The position numbers were made by a program, and so were the translations under genes. Shown piece after piece: positions 47,816 to 57,288 of a stretch of 64,000 nucleotides of DNA. Positions within the stretch are counted from its first letter, which is position 1. Each line of letters starts with the position of its first letter. Source of the DNA: a virus; IMG/VR virus record IMGVR_UViG_3300050120_000126, positions 2,407 through 66,406 of that record. One strand, written 5' to 3'. Under the pieces are notes generated by a model, which saw only the letters and a list, made by a program, of their open reading frames with translations, had not been told where the DNA came from and ran no database searches.

Positions 47816-48748
47816 TTACTTGGTGCTGCGGAAGCCGATACCGTCGTGCCGGCCGTCGGGATACCAGAGGTAGAGACGGAAAGCGCCGGCATAGTCGCCC
47901 GAGCCCCAGCAGCCGCCCCGGACGAGCGCACGGCCGGACCAATCTGAACCAGCATCCGGATACCATCCGACACCTTTGGTATAAGACGGCGCCGGCGCGC
48001 TGGTGATGGATGGTGAAGCGGCGGCGAATGCCGATTTGACGATGCCGCTTTCATCGCCTTGGATATCGTCACGAACCCACGAATACGCGTTGCCCGCAAA
48101 GTGATATATGCGATCGCCAGTTGACAGGACCAGCCAGGTACGTTCATCTGCATCTTCGGGCTCGTACGTGCCGGATTGCGCTTCGTCGACGTTATCTTTA
48201 CGAACGCCCTGGTACATCTTGCCTTCGCCGACTACGCCGGAAATCCAGTTCGCTGCCTGCTCGGATAAATCCAGCGCCACGGATAGCCATTGCGATTCTG
48301 TAATCAGGTTGTAGCCAGCCGATTTACATGCGGCGATAGATTCGGCGTAGTTGATATCGACCCATGGCGTACCGTCAGCGGTCGACTGCACGGTGCCGGC
48401 GACGCTACGCGACGATGGGTATTGCGCGATCTTGAACGACGGGACAAAGAGGCCATTTGACAGCGTGCGATCCGGCACCGTAATGAAAAGGCTGTTCTTT
48501 TGCACGTCGTCGGCCAGGATGGCGCGCAGCTCGGCGGCAAGCACCGGCTGAGTGATAGCGCAGGAATCGGCATATGCGGCGATAGCGGGCATCGCATGCT
48601 GGTCGGTCGTGATGTTCAGTGGGAAATACTGATCGTTTTCGTGTTTTCCGCCTGGCGCGCTGCTGCCGTCGGTACGCGTGACGGTGAATTTCTTAAATAA
48701 GCCAACATCGGCTTGGTCGAGCGGTTTTGCTTCGGTGACTGCATTCAT
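47816..48748 (-). CDS. DGR target protein 2 (cassette-proximal, CLec/FGE fold)
   Basis: PWVDINYAES..C, ITESQW, GNAYSWV, RGGCW...GFR; GGAGG RBS; VR at 3' end. Confidence 0.92.
   Translation of the reverse strand: MNAVTEAKPLDQADVGLFKKFTVTRTDGSSAPGGKHENDQYFPLNITTDQHAMPAIAAYADSCAITQPVLAAELRAILADDVQKNSLFITVPDRTLSNGLFVPSFKIAQYPSSRSVAGTVQSTADGTPWVDINYAESIAACKSAGYNLITESQWLSVALDLSEQAANWISGVVGEGKMYQGVRKDNVDEAQSGTYEPEDADERTWLVLSTGDRIYHFAGNAYSWVRDDIQGDESGIVKSAFAAASPSITSAPAPSYTKGVGWYPDAGSDWSGRALVRGGCWGSGDYAGAFRLYLWYPDGRHDGIGFRSTK
47826..47939 (-). repeat. DGR variable repeat VR2
   Basis: 114-bp match to TR; 21 mismatches, all at TR adenines. Confidence 0.96.
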
Positions 48749-48839
48749 TGCTATCCCTCCTGTGGTTTTAAAAGGTGCTGCGTTATTTGTCCCGGTAGTC
48801 CGCTATCGCAGACAGTGCAGACCGGGGGCTGCGGGAGAT

Positions 48840-49109
48840 TTATTCAATCTTTTCGTACGGGTATTTCTGCTGGTGTGGCTTGATAAAATCTTTAAAGTAG
48901 CCGCCTGGTGATTTCGCTCCTTTGAAATTAGCGAAGTCCTCGGCAGTGAAATTCGCATAGTGATAAAGGCTCCCATTCGGAGCGACCTTGCTAGGTTTAA
49001 AGCGAACTGCAAGCGTGTTGGTTGCAGCGTCATGACCAAGAGAATCAATCTGCGACGAAACAACAGAATCCATAGCAATGACCGGGCGTGGAGCGATTTC
49101 GATATCCAT
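48840..49109 (-). CDS. KTSC-domain protein
   Basis: VVSSQI.SLGHD..TNTLAVRF, Y.Y, A.SPG.YF..FIK. Confidence 0.8.
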   Translation of the reverse strand: MDIEIAPRPVIAMDSVVSSQIDSLGHDAATNTLAVRFKPSKVAPNGSLYHYANFTAEDFANFKGAKSPGGYFKDFIKPHQQKYPYEKIE

Positions 49110-49122
49110 TAAAATTTCCTTC

Positions 49123-49599
49123 CTAGAACGGAATGTCGTCATCCATATCGCTGAAATTCGGCGCTGGACGCGATGCTGGTTGTTGACGTTGCTGATTGTT
49201 ATTGCCAGGGTTCTGACGTGCAGGTTGACCTTGCGGCCTGTTATCATTGTCATCAGCAGATTCCGGGCGACCGCCAAGCATCTTCATCACGTCGGCGATA
49301 ATTTCCGTGGTATATTTTTCAATGTCGTCTTTGTCTGTCCATTTGCGCGTCTGCAAACGGCCTTCGACGTAGACTTGCGAACCTTTTTTTAGATACTGGC
49401 CGGCGATTTCAGCCAGCTTTCGGTAGAAAGTGACACGATGCCATTCGGTCAATTCTTTCTTTTCGCCGGAATTTTTATCTTTCCAACTTTCGGTTGTCGC
49501 GATCGCACAATTGGTCACGGCATCGCCGTTGGGCATATAACGCGTTTCAGGGTCACGCCCCAGATTGCCGACAATGATTACTTTATTAACTGAAGCCAA
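49123..49599 (-). CDS. ssb: Single-stranded DNA-binding protein
   Basis: [21 protein letters not shown]-terminal DDDIPF. Confidence 0.97.
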   Translation of the reverse strand: MASVNKVIIVGNLGRDPETRYMPNGDAVTNCAIATTESWKDKNSGEKKELTEWHRVTFYRKLAEIAGQYLKKGSQVYVEGRLQTRKWTDKDDIEKYTTEIIADVMKMLGGRPESADDNDNRPQGQPARQNPGNNNQQRQQPASRPAPNFSDMDDDIPF

Positions 49600-49614
49600 T
49601 TTGTTCTCCGTCGA

Positions 49615-50340
49615 TTAGTTGTAGCGGTGTTCGATCTTGATTTGTGCCACGGTGTTGAGCAGGTATTCCCGCGCTACGCGGCACTTGGCGATCATCTTTT
49701 CTTCCAGTTCTTGGTCTCGCTGATATGTAATGCTCGTTAGACGTAAGGCTGGGTCGATGTGGGAAACTTCGTGCAACTCGCGTTGCTCGTAGCGGATTAA
49801 GTCATCTGGAGTGTCCAGCATCACAAAGCAGACTTCGTGTTCTGGAACGTCCCAGAGGCGCATGTAGGCGCGTCCCTGCCATTCATAGAGAGAGTCGTGG
49901 CAGTCTTCGCTCAACGCTGGAAAAGTATCTAAATCCCATGCGCATTTCGTATCTATGGTCTTAATGCCAGGCACATAGATATCGCATTCACCGGTCAAGA
50001 ACTCGTCTTCGCGGCGTTCGGTGTTCTTGGTGTAATTTTTGAAGCGAAGGGAATTAATCGTATCGATTGCCTCGTCCTCGCAAGCAAGCCCCTTGTCCAT
50101 ATATTTGGTTTCAACGACTTTGTTGTAGCCATAGACAAATTGTTTTGCGAGTTTCCCGAGAAATGTCTTTGCGCCGGCAGACAGGGACATTTCCTTATAC
50201 GGTGCGAGCAGCAACTTATCTGCGTCGGTCTTTCGCGCCTTATTTAAAATGTCTTGCAGTTCGAGCGGCACCAATTTCTTATCGATCGACTGTGCATCAG
50301 TCATGATTAGGCCAAGCGTGGAGGGATGAAATTTAAGCAT
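49615..50340 (-). CDS. YqaJ/lambda-exonuclease-like recombination nuclease
   Basis: KG..CE..AI, TGECDI, DTKC.W, YEWQ..AYM.L; between erf and ssb. Confidence 0.75.
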   Translation of the reverse strand: MLKFHPSTLGLIMTDAQSIDKKLVPLELQDILNKARKTDADKLLLAPYKEMSLSAGAKTFLGKLAKQFVYGYNKVVETKYMDKGLACEDEAIDTINSLRFKNYTKNTERREDEFLTGECDIYVPGIKTIDTKCAWDLDTFPALSEDCHDSLYEWQGRAYMRLWDVPEHEVCFVMLDTPDDLIRYEQRELHEVSHIDPALRLTSITYQRDQELEEKMIAKCRVAREYLLNTVAQIKIEHRYN

Positions 50341-51073
50341 TTTTCACCTCGTCATTTACCTGGGTAAGTTGGTCTTCAGTCAGGATGTATTCGGCTTTCA
50401 GGCGAGCGACGGTGAACTCTCCTTTTTTAATCGCTTCGATGGCACTGGCCAGGCCATTGGCGCCGATTTTCATTGGCGTTTTTATTCCGCCTACCGGGGC
50501 TTTGCCATCTGGCGCGCCGCCGCGGCCATCGTCATCTGGCGTGTCCGATGTAGCCAGCCCGCATGCGCCGAGCAAGGTGTAGCGCTGTAAATAGGTTACG
50601 GTGGAGGCGATCTGCTGGATGGCATTTTTCTTGCCAGAATTGTCAGGCGGTGCTTTCATCGTAGTGCGTTTAGAATGGCCCATCAGATGAGTAATGATGC
50701 AGGTCACTTCGATCATTCCGCTGTCCGGCTGAACGGTATCCCAATCGTGGCTAAAGCCATGTTCAGCGAGCGACGAAATAACGACTTCGCATATGCCGCC
50801 TAATGTGGCATGACTGTAGGAAGTGCCAGTGAATGTCACGTTTTTATCCTTCAGGATCGTAGGCGCATTCTTTTTGAATTCCGCCATGGCAACGACGAAC
50901 GCTTTGCGCGCCTCGTTCGCATCGAAGCGATCCTTCAAATCCATGAATTTTTCGATTTGGGCCATGTCTGCGCCACGCTCTACCGCCATACGCAACAAGT
51001 CGGCAGGTGTTGTTCCGGTGACAGCCACAGCGGTGCTGCGAGGGTGATCCATTTCTACAATATTTGATTCCAT
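50333..51073 (-). CDS. ERF-family single-strand annealing protein
   Basis: Q.IASTVTYLQRYTL..ACGL...DDDG signature. Confidence 0.88.
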   Translation of the reverse strand: MESNIVEMDHPRSTAVAVTGTTPADLLRMAVERGADMAQIEKFMDLKDRFDANEARKAFVVAMAEFKKNAPTILKDKNVTFTGTSYSHATLGGICEVVISSLAEHGFSHDWDTVQPDSGMIEVTCIITHLMGHSKRTTMKAPPDNSGKKNAIQQIASTVTYLQRYTLLGACGLATSDTPDDDGRGGAPDGKAPVGGIKTPMKIGANGLASAIEAIKKGEFTVARLKAEYILTEDQLTQVNDEVKNA

Positions 51074-51081
51074 GATTGGCC

Positions 51082-52293
51082 TTAATAAGTAATTGAGACG
51101 TGAGGAACCTTGCCGGCGCGAATCAGTTGAATGATTTCCGGAATAAGGTCGCTATCGACGCCGGCGCCATCGAGCGCTTCGGCGATTTCTTCATGGATGT
51201 TCAGACGGTGCGTTTCATCGGCCTTGCGGACGCGTTCGGCTTCGTCCGCAGCATCCTGAACACGCTTGGCGGCCGCGATACGATCAGCTTCGATTTTCTC
51301 TGCGCGGGCCAATTCCTCTTGCTCTGCATTGATGGCATCAATGCGCTGTTGTTCAGCAACGGCAGCAACGCGGTTTCGCTCGTCTATTTCATCCTGCTGA
51401 CGTTGCAACTCGGCGCGCTGTGTTGCCAGAGCTTCATCATCTTGCCGGCGCTTTTCTGCGGCTTCGGCATCAGCGATACGGCGCGCTTCGGCGGCGATAT
51501 TGTCAGCGGCCAGGCGTTCGGCTGCCGCTTTGCGTTCTGCGGCTTCGATCCGATCGGCATGCTCGGCACGTTCTTTAGCGAGAGCAGCGCGCTCGGCAAT
51601 CAAACGGTCATTCTCGATGGCCTGTTCGGCTGCAATGCGCTCACGCTCCGCAATGGCAGCTGCGGCCGCGCGTTCGGTCTCCTGAGTAGCGTGATACATC
51701 TTGGTGACTGCATCCATCGTTTCGCCGATGGCTTTAGTAGCATCCGGCACAAATTCCTCGTACAGTTCTTCGCTCATGGGCATGGCGTCGATTTCATCGA
51801 TCAGATCGAACAACTCCGTAGACGGCTTGCCGGCGGCGGTAATAGCCAAATTGCGGATTTGCTGGATACGCTCTTTAATGGCGTCGGTGCGCGCACGCTC
51901 GGCGGCGATCTTCGCTTCCTTCTCGGCTTGCTTACGGGTATCCTCTGCCTTAATAGCGGCATCAAATTTGAGTTCGTATTCCTTGGCCTTGGCTTGAATC
52001 TCTTTTGATTTGGAATCGATCAGTTGGCCAACTTCAAGAATTGGGGCTTTGCATTCAACCCGGGCGCTCTCTGCAGCAAGCCGCAGATCGTCGCGGAACA
52101 ATGCACGTTGTTTGACGGCGATTGCATAACCGGCTGTATTGCTGCAGTCGATCACGATCTTGTCGGCTGCCGCGATCGCATTTGCCAACTTGACGTTCAG
52201 TGGCGTGTAAATGACTGCGACGTACTTTTCTGGCTCCATCGTGACGAGTGCTGTGCTGGCGACTTCTGCTGGCTTTTCCATTACTTCGTTCAT
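51082..52293 (-). CDS. Long coiled-coil protein
   Basis: E/A/R-rich heptads; C-terminal GKVPHVSITY; upstream of recombination genes. Confidence 0.7.
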   Translation of the reverse strand: MNEVMEKPAEVASTALVTMEPEKYVAVIYTPLNVKLANAIAAADKIVIDCSNTAGYAIAVKQRALFRDDLRLAAESARVECKAPILEVGQLIDSKSKEIQAKAKEYELKFDAAIKAEDTRKQAEKEAKIAAERARTDAIKERIQQIRNLAITAAGKPSTELFDLIDEIDAMPMSEELYEEFVPDATKAIGETMDAVTKMYHATQETERAAAAAIAERERIAAEQAIENDRLIAERAALAKERAEHADRIEAAERKAAAERLAADNIAAEARRIADAEAAEKRRQDDEALATQRAELQRQQDEIDERNRVAAVAEQQRIDAINAEQEELARAEKIEADRIAAAKRVQDAADEAERVRKADETHRLNIHEEIAEALDGAGVDSDLIPEIIQLIRAGKVPHVSITY

Positions 52294-52555
52294 GTCGATC
52301 CCTCAGTTAAATTCTTTGTTGAAAGCGCGCAGCGCCAGGCGTACGGATGCGGTGAAAGGCTTCCCGCCGCGGCGATGAAAGCCATACAGACGAATGAATA
52401 CGACGATGTTCATACCGAATACCCGTAGTTCGACGGCTGCAATACGGCCGGCGCTTGCGCAGCATCACCACTGAGATAGACGCCGACGAAGATCGTGAAA
52501 ACCGATCCGGACATGAATACGACCAGCGCAGCAGCGACGATTAGAAGAGTGCGTT

Positions 52556-52795
52556 TCATTTTTCACCCTTCAATGGCGCGCGGTTATTCCAACGGCGCAT
52601 TGACTCGTTACCCTCAAGCAGTGGCGTGGTGTGACCACAAACGCACGCAACGCGCAGCCGGGTATCGAAGCCATCCGATCCGAGTTCGATCACGGGTTCG
52701 CCGCCGCACTTCTGGCATGGCGAAAGCTCGATATTTTCTGCCGGTGGAAAGCAGAAATTAAAAAATGCTTTCAGTGCGCGGAGGATGCGACTCAT
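52556..52795 (-). CDS. Lar-like Zn-ribbon (restriction alleviation family) protein
   Basis: LSPCQKCGGE...C.CG...WNNR. Confidence 0.55.
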   Translation of the reverse strand: MSRILRALKAFFNFCFPPAENIELSPCQKCGGEPVIELGSDGFDTRLRVACVCGHTTPLLEGNESMRRWNNRAPLKGEK

Positions 52796-53257
52796 GACAG
52801 CACCATCACGGTTACGCCCAGGGCGCCGGCGTTGTACGCTGCATCCATCAGAGCATCACGATCGCCGATCGCGGAATACGAACTGCTGCCGAACTCAGTT
52901 TTAATTTTTATTAAGTAAGTCATTGCATACCCTTCATTTAATTTGAAGTTGGTGACCGGGATACTTTCAACTTTTACGAATAGGCCGCACCACGGAGGGA
53001 CTGCTCAACCTCAATGCGGAATTCGGGTCCGAATGCTAACTGTCCATATCCAGTCATTCGGTCGCCAACAAGAGAGCCGATTGCCCCGACCTGACTCCAC
53101 GCCTTAACTTGCGTAGATTCTTCATAGCGACTAGGGTGTTGCGTTAATCGACTCTTTTGTTGGCCCCGGTAACTTTCCCGAGTGCCATGCGCACTGTGTC
53201 TTTACGTCGAACTTTCTGCGCCTTCCCGACGTGCCGCTCTTGCAAACTTCTGAGGTA

Positions 53258-53280
53258 AGGCCACTGCTGCGCAGCCGCCT
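53258..53280 (-). promoter_or_regulatory. Post-VR3 hairpin
   Basis: AGGCGGCTGC-GCA-GCAGTGGCCT on minus strand. Confidence 0.65.
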
Positions 53281-53307
53281 GGAACCAGGGTCCAGAGACC
53301 CGAGCTA

Positions 53308-54204
53308 TTACTTGGTGCTGCGGAAGCCGATAAAGTCGTACCGGCCGTCGGGATACCAGCGGTAGAGACAGAAAGCGCCGGCACGGTCGTCCGAGTACCA
53401 GTAGCCGCCCCGGAAGAGCGCACTGCCGGACCAATGCAGCGGGCCGGTATAGATGTAGCCCATGCCTTTTTTCATCGAAGGGAAGGGCGCCAAAGTCAGG
53501 TAAGGTGAGTCGGCAGGAATGGATCCGCTGACGACACCGTTTTCATCGCCATGGATGTCGTCAAACAGGTGTTCGTACAGATGGCCGGACCAGTCGTAAA
53601 TGCGATGACCGTTTGTGAGTTCATGCCAGCGGCGTTCAGCCGGATCGGAAGATTCGTAGTCGTTAGCGACTGGGCCAGATACAGTGCCTTTATGCAGACC
53701 ACGGATCAATTCACCTTCGCCAACTTTTCCGCCGGTCCAGTTCTTGTCGACGCTGGCGATGTTCAGCGAGATAGCGATTGCTTGTGAGCCGCGAGTGATC
53801 TTGCGACCAGCTTTATTGCAAGCCTCAATCGCCTCTTCCTGGCTGATGTTATTTTTAGGCTTTTCGGTCGTTGTGCAGATCGCGTTGCCGTCCGAATCGA
53901 TCGAGCCGAGGTATTGCTCGATATGAAATGCAGGAACGTGGATCGTCTTGTCGCCCCATTTAAAGGACGAGGCCGGAACGGGAATGAAACCGGGTTCAAC
54001 CAGATCAAGATTCAAGGCGCTGGAAAACTTTGGCGAACACTTCAGGATTTCGCCATCGTTGTCGGTATCGATAATGATGAAGTCGCCATTGCGGTCTTCA
54101 AAGCACTCAAGGCCATGGCGCAGTGTTTCTTTGAACAGGCCAGACACCGCCAGCGCGCCGACGTTGACTGCAAAATGATCGATCTTGGTTGCTATGGCTT
54201 TCAT
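53308..54204 (-). CDS. DGR target protein 3 (CLec/FGE fold)
   Basis: Paralogue of targets 1 and 2 (NWTGGKVGEG, ERRW..L.NG.RIYD, RGGYW...GFRSTK). Confidence 0.92.
   Translation of the reverse strand: MKAIATKIDHFAVNVGALAVSGLFKETLRHGLECFEDRNGDFIIIDTDNDGEILKCSPKFSSALNLDLVEPGFIPVPASSFKWGDKTIHVPAFHIEQYLGSIDSDGNAICTTTEKPKNNISQEEAIEACNKAGRKITRGSQAIAISLNIASVDKNWTGGKVGEGELIRGLHKGTVSGPVANDYESSDPAERRWHELTNGHRIYDWSGHLYEHLFDDIHGDENGVVSGSIPADSPYLTLAPFPSMKKGMGYIYTGPLHWSGSALFRGGYWYSDDRAGAFCLYRWYPDGRYDFIGFRSTK
53318..53431 (-). repeat. DGR variable repeat VR3
   Basis: 114-bp match to TR; 18 mismatches, all at TR adenines. Confidence 0.96.
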
Positions 54205-54580
54205 GTCATCCCTTCGGTTATTGTTTCGTTAGAATTCTTGCCGTTCTCTCTCGGCCGTCACGCCCTTCGATTTGCCATGCCATACCTTTTAAGGAACCGC
54301 CCAGCAGTCGTTTTAATCGCCAATTTGCGCAGAGCGTTTGCACGTCATTACGGGGGCGATCCCCGCTCAGCGCCACCGGACCGTTGGCTGAGAAAGACCG
54401 ATTCAAAACATCCGGGTCTGAAATTCTTGCTGGCCTCACAACCAGCTCGGCGGCTTTATACACATCCGGTACAGAGGCTTTGCCCACCCGTCTACAAGAG
54501 CCGCTAAAACTTGCCGGACGCTGAGAACCGGCTTTGCGCTTCTGCTCAGGCCTGAGCATCTGCCAGCGTTTTGTAATTCG

Positions 54581-54829
54581 TTATGCAGTTGCGGATTGGC
54601 GCGCGATGAACTTGGCACTTTCCTTGGCGCCGATGTGCGGCACATATTTGCTACGGCCAGCCTTCGACATGAAATTGACGCGAGTGAAGCCAGGGCCGCG
54701 ACCCTTGCCACGAGATTGATACGCCCCGATTTTTCCCATCGCATCGCTTTGGGCGCTACCAGTCAAACGCATCGCCTCGGCGATTGCGTGCATCATTGCG
54801 ATTGCGCGGCTAAATGGTGTTGGTTTCAT
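54581..54829 (-). CDS. Small basic protein, first gene after PL
   Basis: 82-aa Arg/Lys-rich ORF in the lambda-N position; positional only. Confidence 0.5.
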   Translation of the reverse strand: MKPTPFSRAIAMMHAIAEAMRLTGSAQSDAMGKIGAYQSRGKGRGPGFTRVNFMSKAGRSKYVPHIGAKESAKFIARQSATA

Positions 54830-54867
54830 TTCACTCTCTGTTTGTGTTTGTTTGTTCGATGTAGGGG

Positions 54868-54929
54868 AGTATAAACACTTGTTTAGAATAGTCAACAGGT
54901 GTTTATGAAATAAATCAACAAAAGTGTAA
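54868..54929 (-). promoter_or_regulatory. PL promoter and three OL operators
   Basis: Minus-strand TTGACT-16-TATACT; 16-bp sites ATAAACACTTGTTTAG, GTCAACAGGTGTTTAT, ATCAACAAAAGTGTAA. Confidence 0.8.
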
Positions 54930-55043
54930 ATAATGCGAATTGCCATAGACGACAGGCGCAAAAAAAACCGCCGAAGCGGTGAGGGGAAGCGTAGGATTGC
55001 GAGAAAATTACGGCAGGCGAAAAGCTGCGACAAAAGGCTAGAT

Positions 55044-56072
55044 GTGACACATTACAAAAACAACTTCGATTTTCTTAGGCTTACGGCAGCCACCCTGGTT
55101 TTAATCAGTCATCAGCGGGCTTTAATGGGTGAGACTGACTTCGGGTTGAATGAGCGTTTTTCGCTCGGAGTGCTTGGTGTTTGTATATTTTTTATCGTGA
55201 GCGGCTATCTTGTCACGCAAAGTTGGTTGCGCGATCCGAACGTCTTCCGATTTCTGATAAAGCGTTTTCTGCGTATTTGGCCGGGCTTATTCGTGGTGAC
55301 TTGTATTGCTGCGTTAGTAGTCGGCCCAATTGTTACGGGTCTTGATATTAAGAGCTATTTCTCATCGCTAGAATTGCTAAAATATTTTTCCAGCCTTCGA
55401 CTGACGCACATGGCGTTCTATCTGCCAGATGCATTTGCTCATAATCCGTTTCCGAAGGCGGTAAATGGTTCGTTATGGACGATTCCGCTTGAGGTGCATT
55501 GGTATTTCGTACTTGCGATTGCAGGCATCATAGGGGCGTTGCGCTGGCGTTGGCTGGCTGTCTGCGGTGTTATTGGCGCTGCCATTTACCATTTTGGTAT
55601 CTACAACGGCAAAGCAGATGCGCTTCAAAATCTGACGCTAGAGTATGGGCTATTCTTTCTTGCCGGCGTACTGTTGCAACTGTTTCGAGATTGGTCGGCT
55701 GCTCGACAGAACATTTTGGTCGCTGGATCCTTTATTGTCGGCGCCATCATCTTCTTAGCCGGATGGGACGTTCTAGGTGTATTGGCGGCGCTGCCATGCC
55801 TGGTGATATTTACAGGGGATGCGTCCACACCGGTTCTGAGGCGTTTTGGTCGATTTGGCGACCTCTCCTACGGCGTCTATATCTATGCGTTCCTCGTACA
55901 ACAAATTCTGGTGTGGAAATTTGGAACATCAGGCCCATTCCTTCTTCATTTGCTTGCTACAGCGATCATAACGTTTGGTTGCGCGTGGCTATCATGGCAT
56001 TTAATAGAAAAGAGGGCGCTTTCATTCAAACCGTTCTCAAAAAATCCACAGACTCGGCTCGCTCAAGCGTAG
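55044..56072 (+). CDS. Acyltransferase-3 (OafA/Oac-like O-acetyltransferase)
   Basis: FDFLR..AA..V..SH, FFIVSGYL, KRFLRIWP, NGSLWTIP.E, GDLSYGVYIY, SWHLIEK; GTG start inferred. Confidence 0.92.
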   Translation: MTHYKNNFDFLRLTAATLVLISHQRALMGETDFGLNERFSLGVLGVCIFFIVSGYLVTQSWLRDPNVFRFLIKRFLRIWPGLFVVTCIAALVVGPIVTGLDIKSYFSSLELLKYFSSLRLTHMAFYLPDAFAHNPFPKAVNGSLWTIPLEVHWYFVLAIAGIIGALRWRWLAVCGVIGAAIYHFGIYNGKADALQNLTLEYGLFFLAGVLLQLFRDWSAARQNILVAGSFIVGAIIFLAGWDVLGVLAALPCLVIFTGDASTPVLRRFGRFGDLSYGVYIYAFLVQQILVWKFGTSGPFLLHLLATAIITFGCAWLSWHLIEKRALSFKPFSKNPQTRLAQA

Positions 56073-56098
56073 GATCAAAATCTTACTAGGAGGCAGCC

Positions 56099-56296
56099 AT
56101 GAGAGCAGACCAGGTAATCAAGATATTTGAGGATTTGAACGGGGAGGGGCGGCCGACTGCGGATATCGACCTGACGTGCGCCGGCCTGGCGTGCTGGCTA
56201 GGGAATAACTGGAGCGAGCTGAACCCGGACGACATCAGAATCCTGACATCCGTCGGCGCCGTGCTATGGAGAGAGGGATTTAAGAAGAGGGCGTAA
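56099..56296 (+). CDS. Hypothetical protein
   Basis: AGGAGG RBS; 65 aa. Confidence 0.6.
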   Translation: MRADQVIKIFEDLNGEGRPTADIDLTCAGLACWLGNNWSELNPDDIRILTSVGAVLWREGFKKRA

Positions 56297-56321
56297 AAAA
56301 TCCGGCTCGGGGCCGGATAGT

Positions 56322-56741
56322 TTATTTCGCGGGTGTCACGACAGCGGGAGCCGCCGGTACCTGGGCGACTCCAGGTTGACTATAAATAATGATCGGCGCT
56401 GGCTGTACTGCTGCGGCAGGGGTTGAGTTTTTATAAACGCTACTAATCCCAAAAATTGCGGCGAGCATTGTGCCTATGATCGTTACCATCGTCGCTAAAG
56501 TCCAGCGACTGATATCCGAACTTATTTTGTGAACATCAGAGCGAATATCGGCAATATCTGCCTTTGTCGCCAAATTGGGCAACACAGCATCAAATCGAGC
56601 TTCGAGGGCGGCTAAACGTTCCATATCTCCATCATGAGGCGGTCGCCCGCTAGTGTCAATAGCAGCGCCAGTAGCTTCATTTGTTGGGTGATCGGGAATA
56701 TCGGCGGAATCGACAGTGACGACCTTTAAAAGCGCGCTCAT
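56322..56741 (-). CDS. Coiled-coil/TM protein
   Basis: LATKADIADIR coiled coil followed by a TM helix. Confidence 0.6.
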   Translation of the reverse strand: MSALLKVVTVDSADIPDHPTNEATGAAIDTSGRPPHDGDMERLAALEARFDAVLPNLATKADIADIRSDVHKISSDISRWTLATMVTIIGTMLAAIFGISSVYKNSTPAAAVQPAPIIIYSQPGVAQVPAAPAVVTPAK

Positions 56742-57205
56742 TATTTTTTGGTCTCTAGGGTGATATTGTTTAGCAGGTTTTGCAATGGAGATCGGTATGC
56801 CTCAGGCATTTTATCGATAACATAATTAAGAACTTCAGGGCTACTTGTCCATGCGATTTTTATTTTTGTATCGGGATTAGTGATTGCCTCATTCAGCTCT
56901 GCAACGGATAAGTCCCACCAGGAAATAAGGCTACATTTATTGCAAATATGTGTAAATGCCATGAATTGAAGTTCATTCATGGATGACTGGCCAAGAGTTC
57001 GGACAGACCAGCCGACAGCGTTGTTCATCATAGTCAGCCACGGCAATGTTACGGTCTCGATAGGCATCGAGTAGGCCGATAACTGAAACACTGCGACGGA
57101 GTTGCCGCATGATGGGCATTTTCGCTCATGAAACTCAACGGCAGATACCGGTTGATTTGTCTCGGATTCCAAGGAAAATCCTTTTTTATTTTCCGATCTG
57201 TTCAA
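56741..57205 (-). CDS. Zn-ribbon hypothetical moron
   Basis: CPSCG and CNKC; AT-richer than the core genes. Confidence 0.55.
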   Translation of the reverse strand: MNRSENKKGFSLESETNQPVSAVEFHERKCPSCGNSVAVFQLSAYSMPIETVTLPWLTMMNNAVGWSVRTLGQSSMNELQFMAFTHICNKCSLISWWDLSVAELNEAITNPDTKIKIAWTSSPEVLNYVIDKMPEAYRSPLQNLLNNITLETKK

Positions 57206-57288
57206 GTCTTTCTTGCGCAGATCAGCTACTTCATTAAATGATATTTTTTTCTATTGCCTAGAGCGGTAGGGCTTTAACTGATCGTTCT

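Noticed and set aside
47742-48153. Short ORFs reading RSSGAA..RATMPALS (also 754-942 and 53202-53423) resembling the RT N-terminus
   Set aside because: They are alternative-frame translations of VR DNA, not genes
54933-55043. N-terminal extension of the acyltransferase ORF
   Set aside because: It overlaps a terminator-like hairpin next to OL; family homology starts near the GTG at 55044
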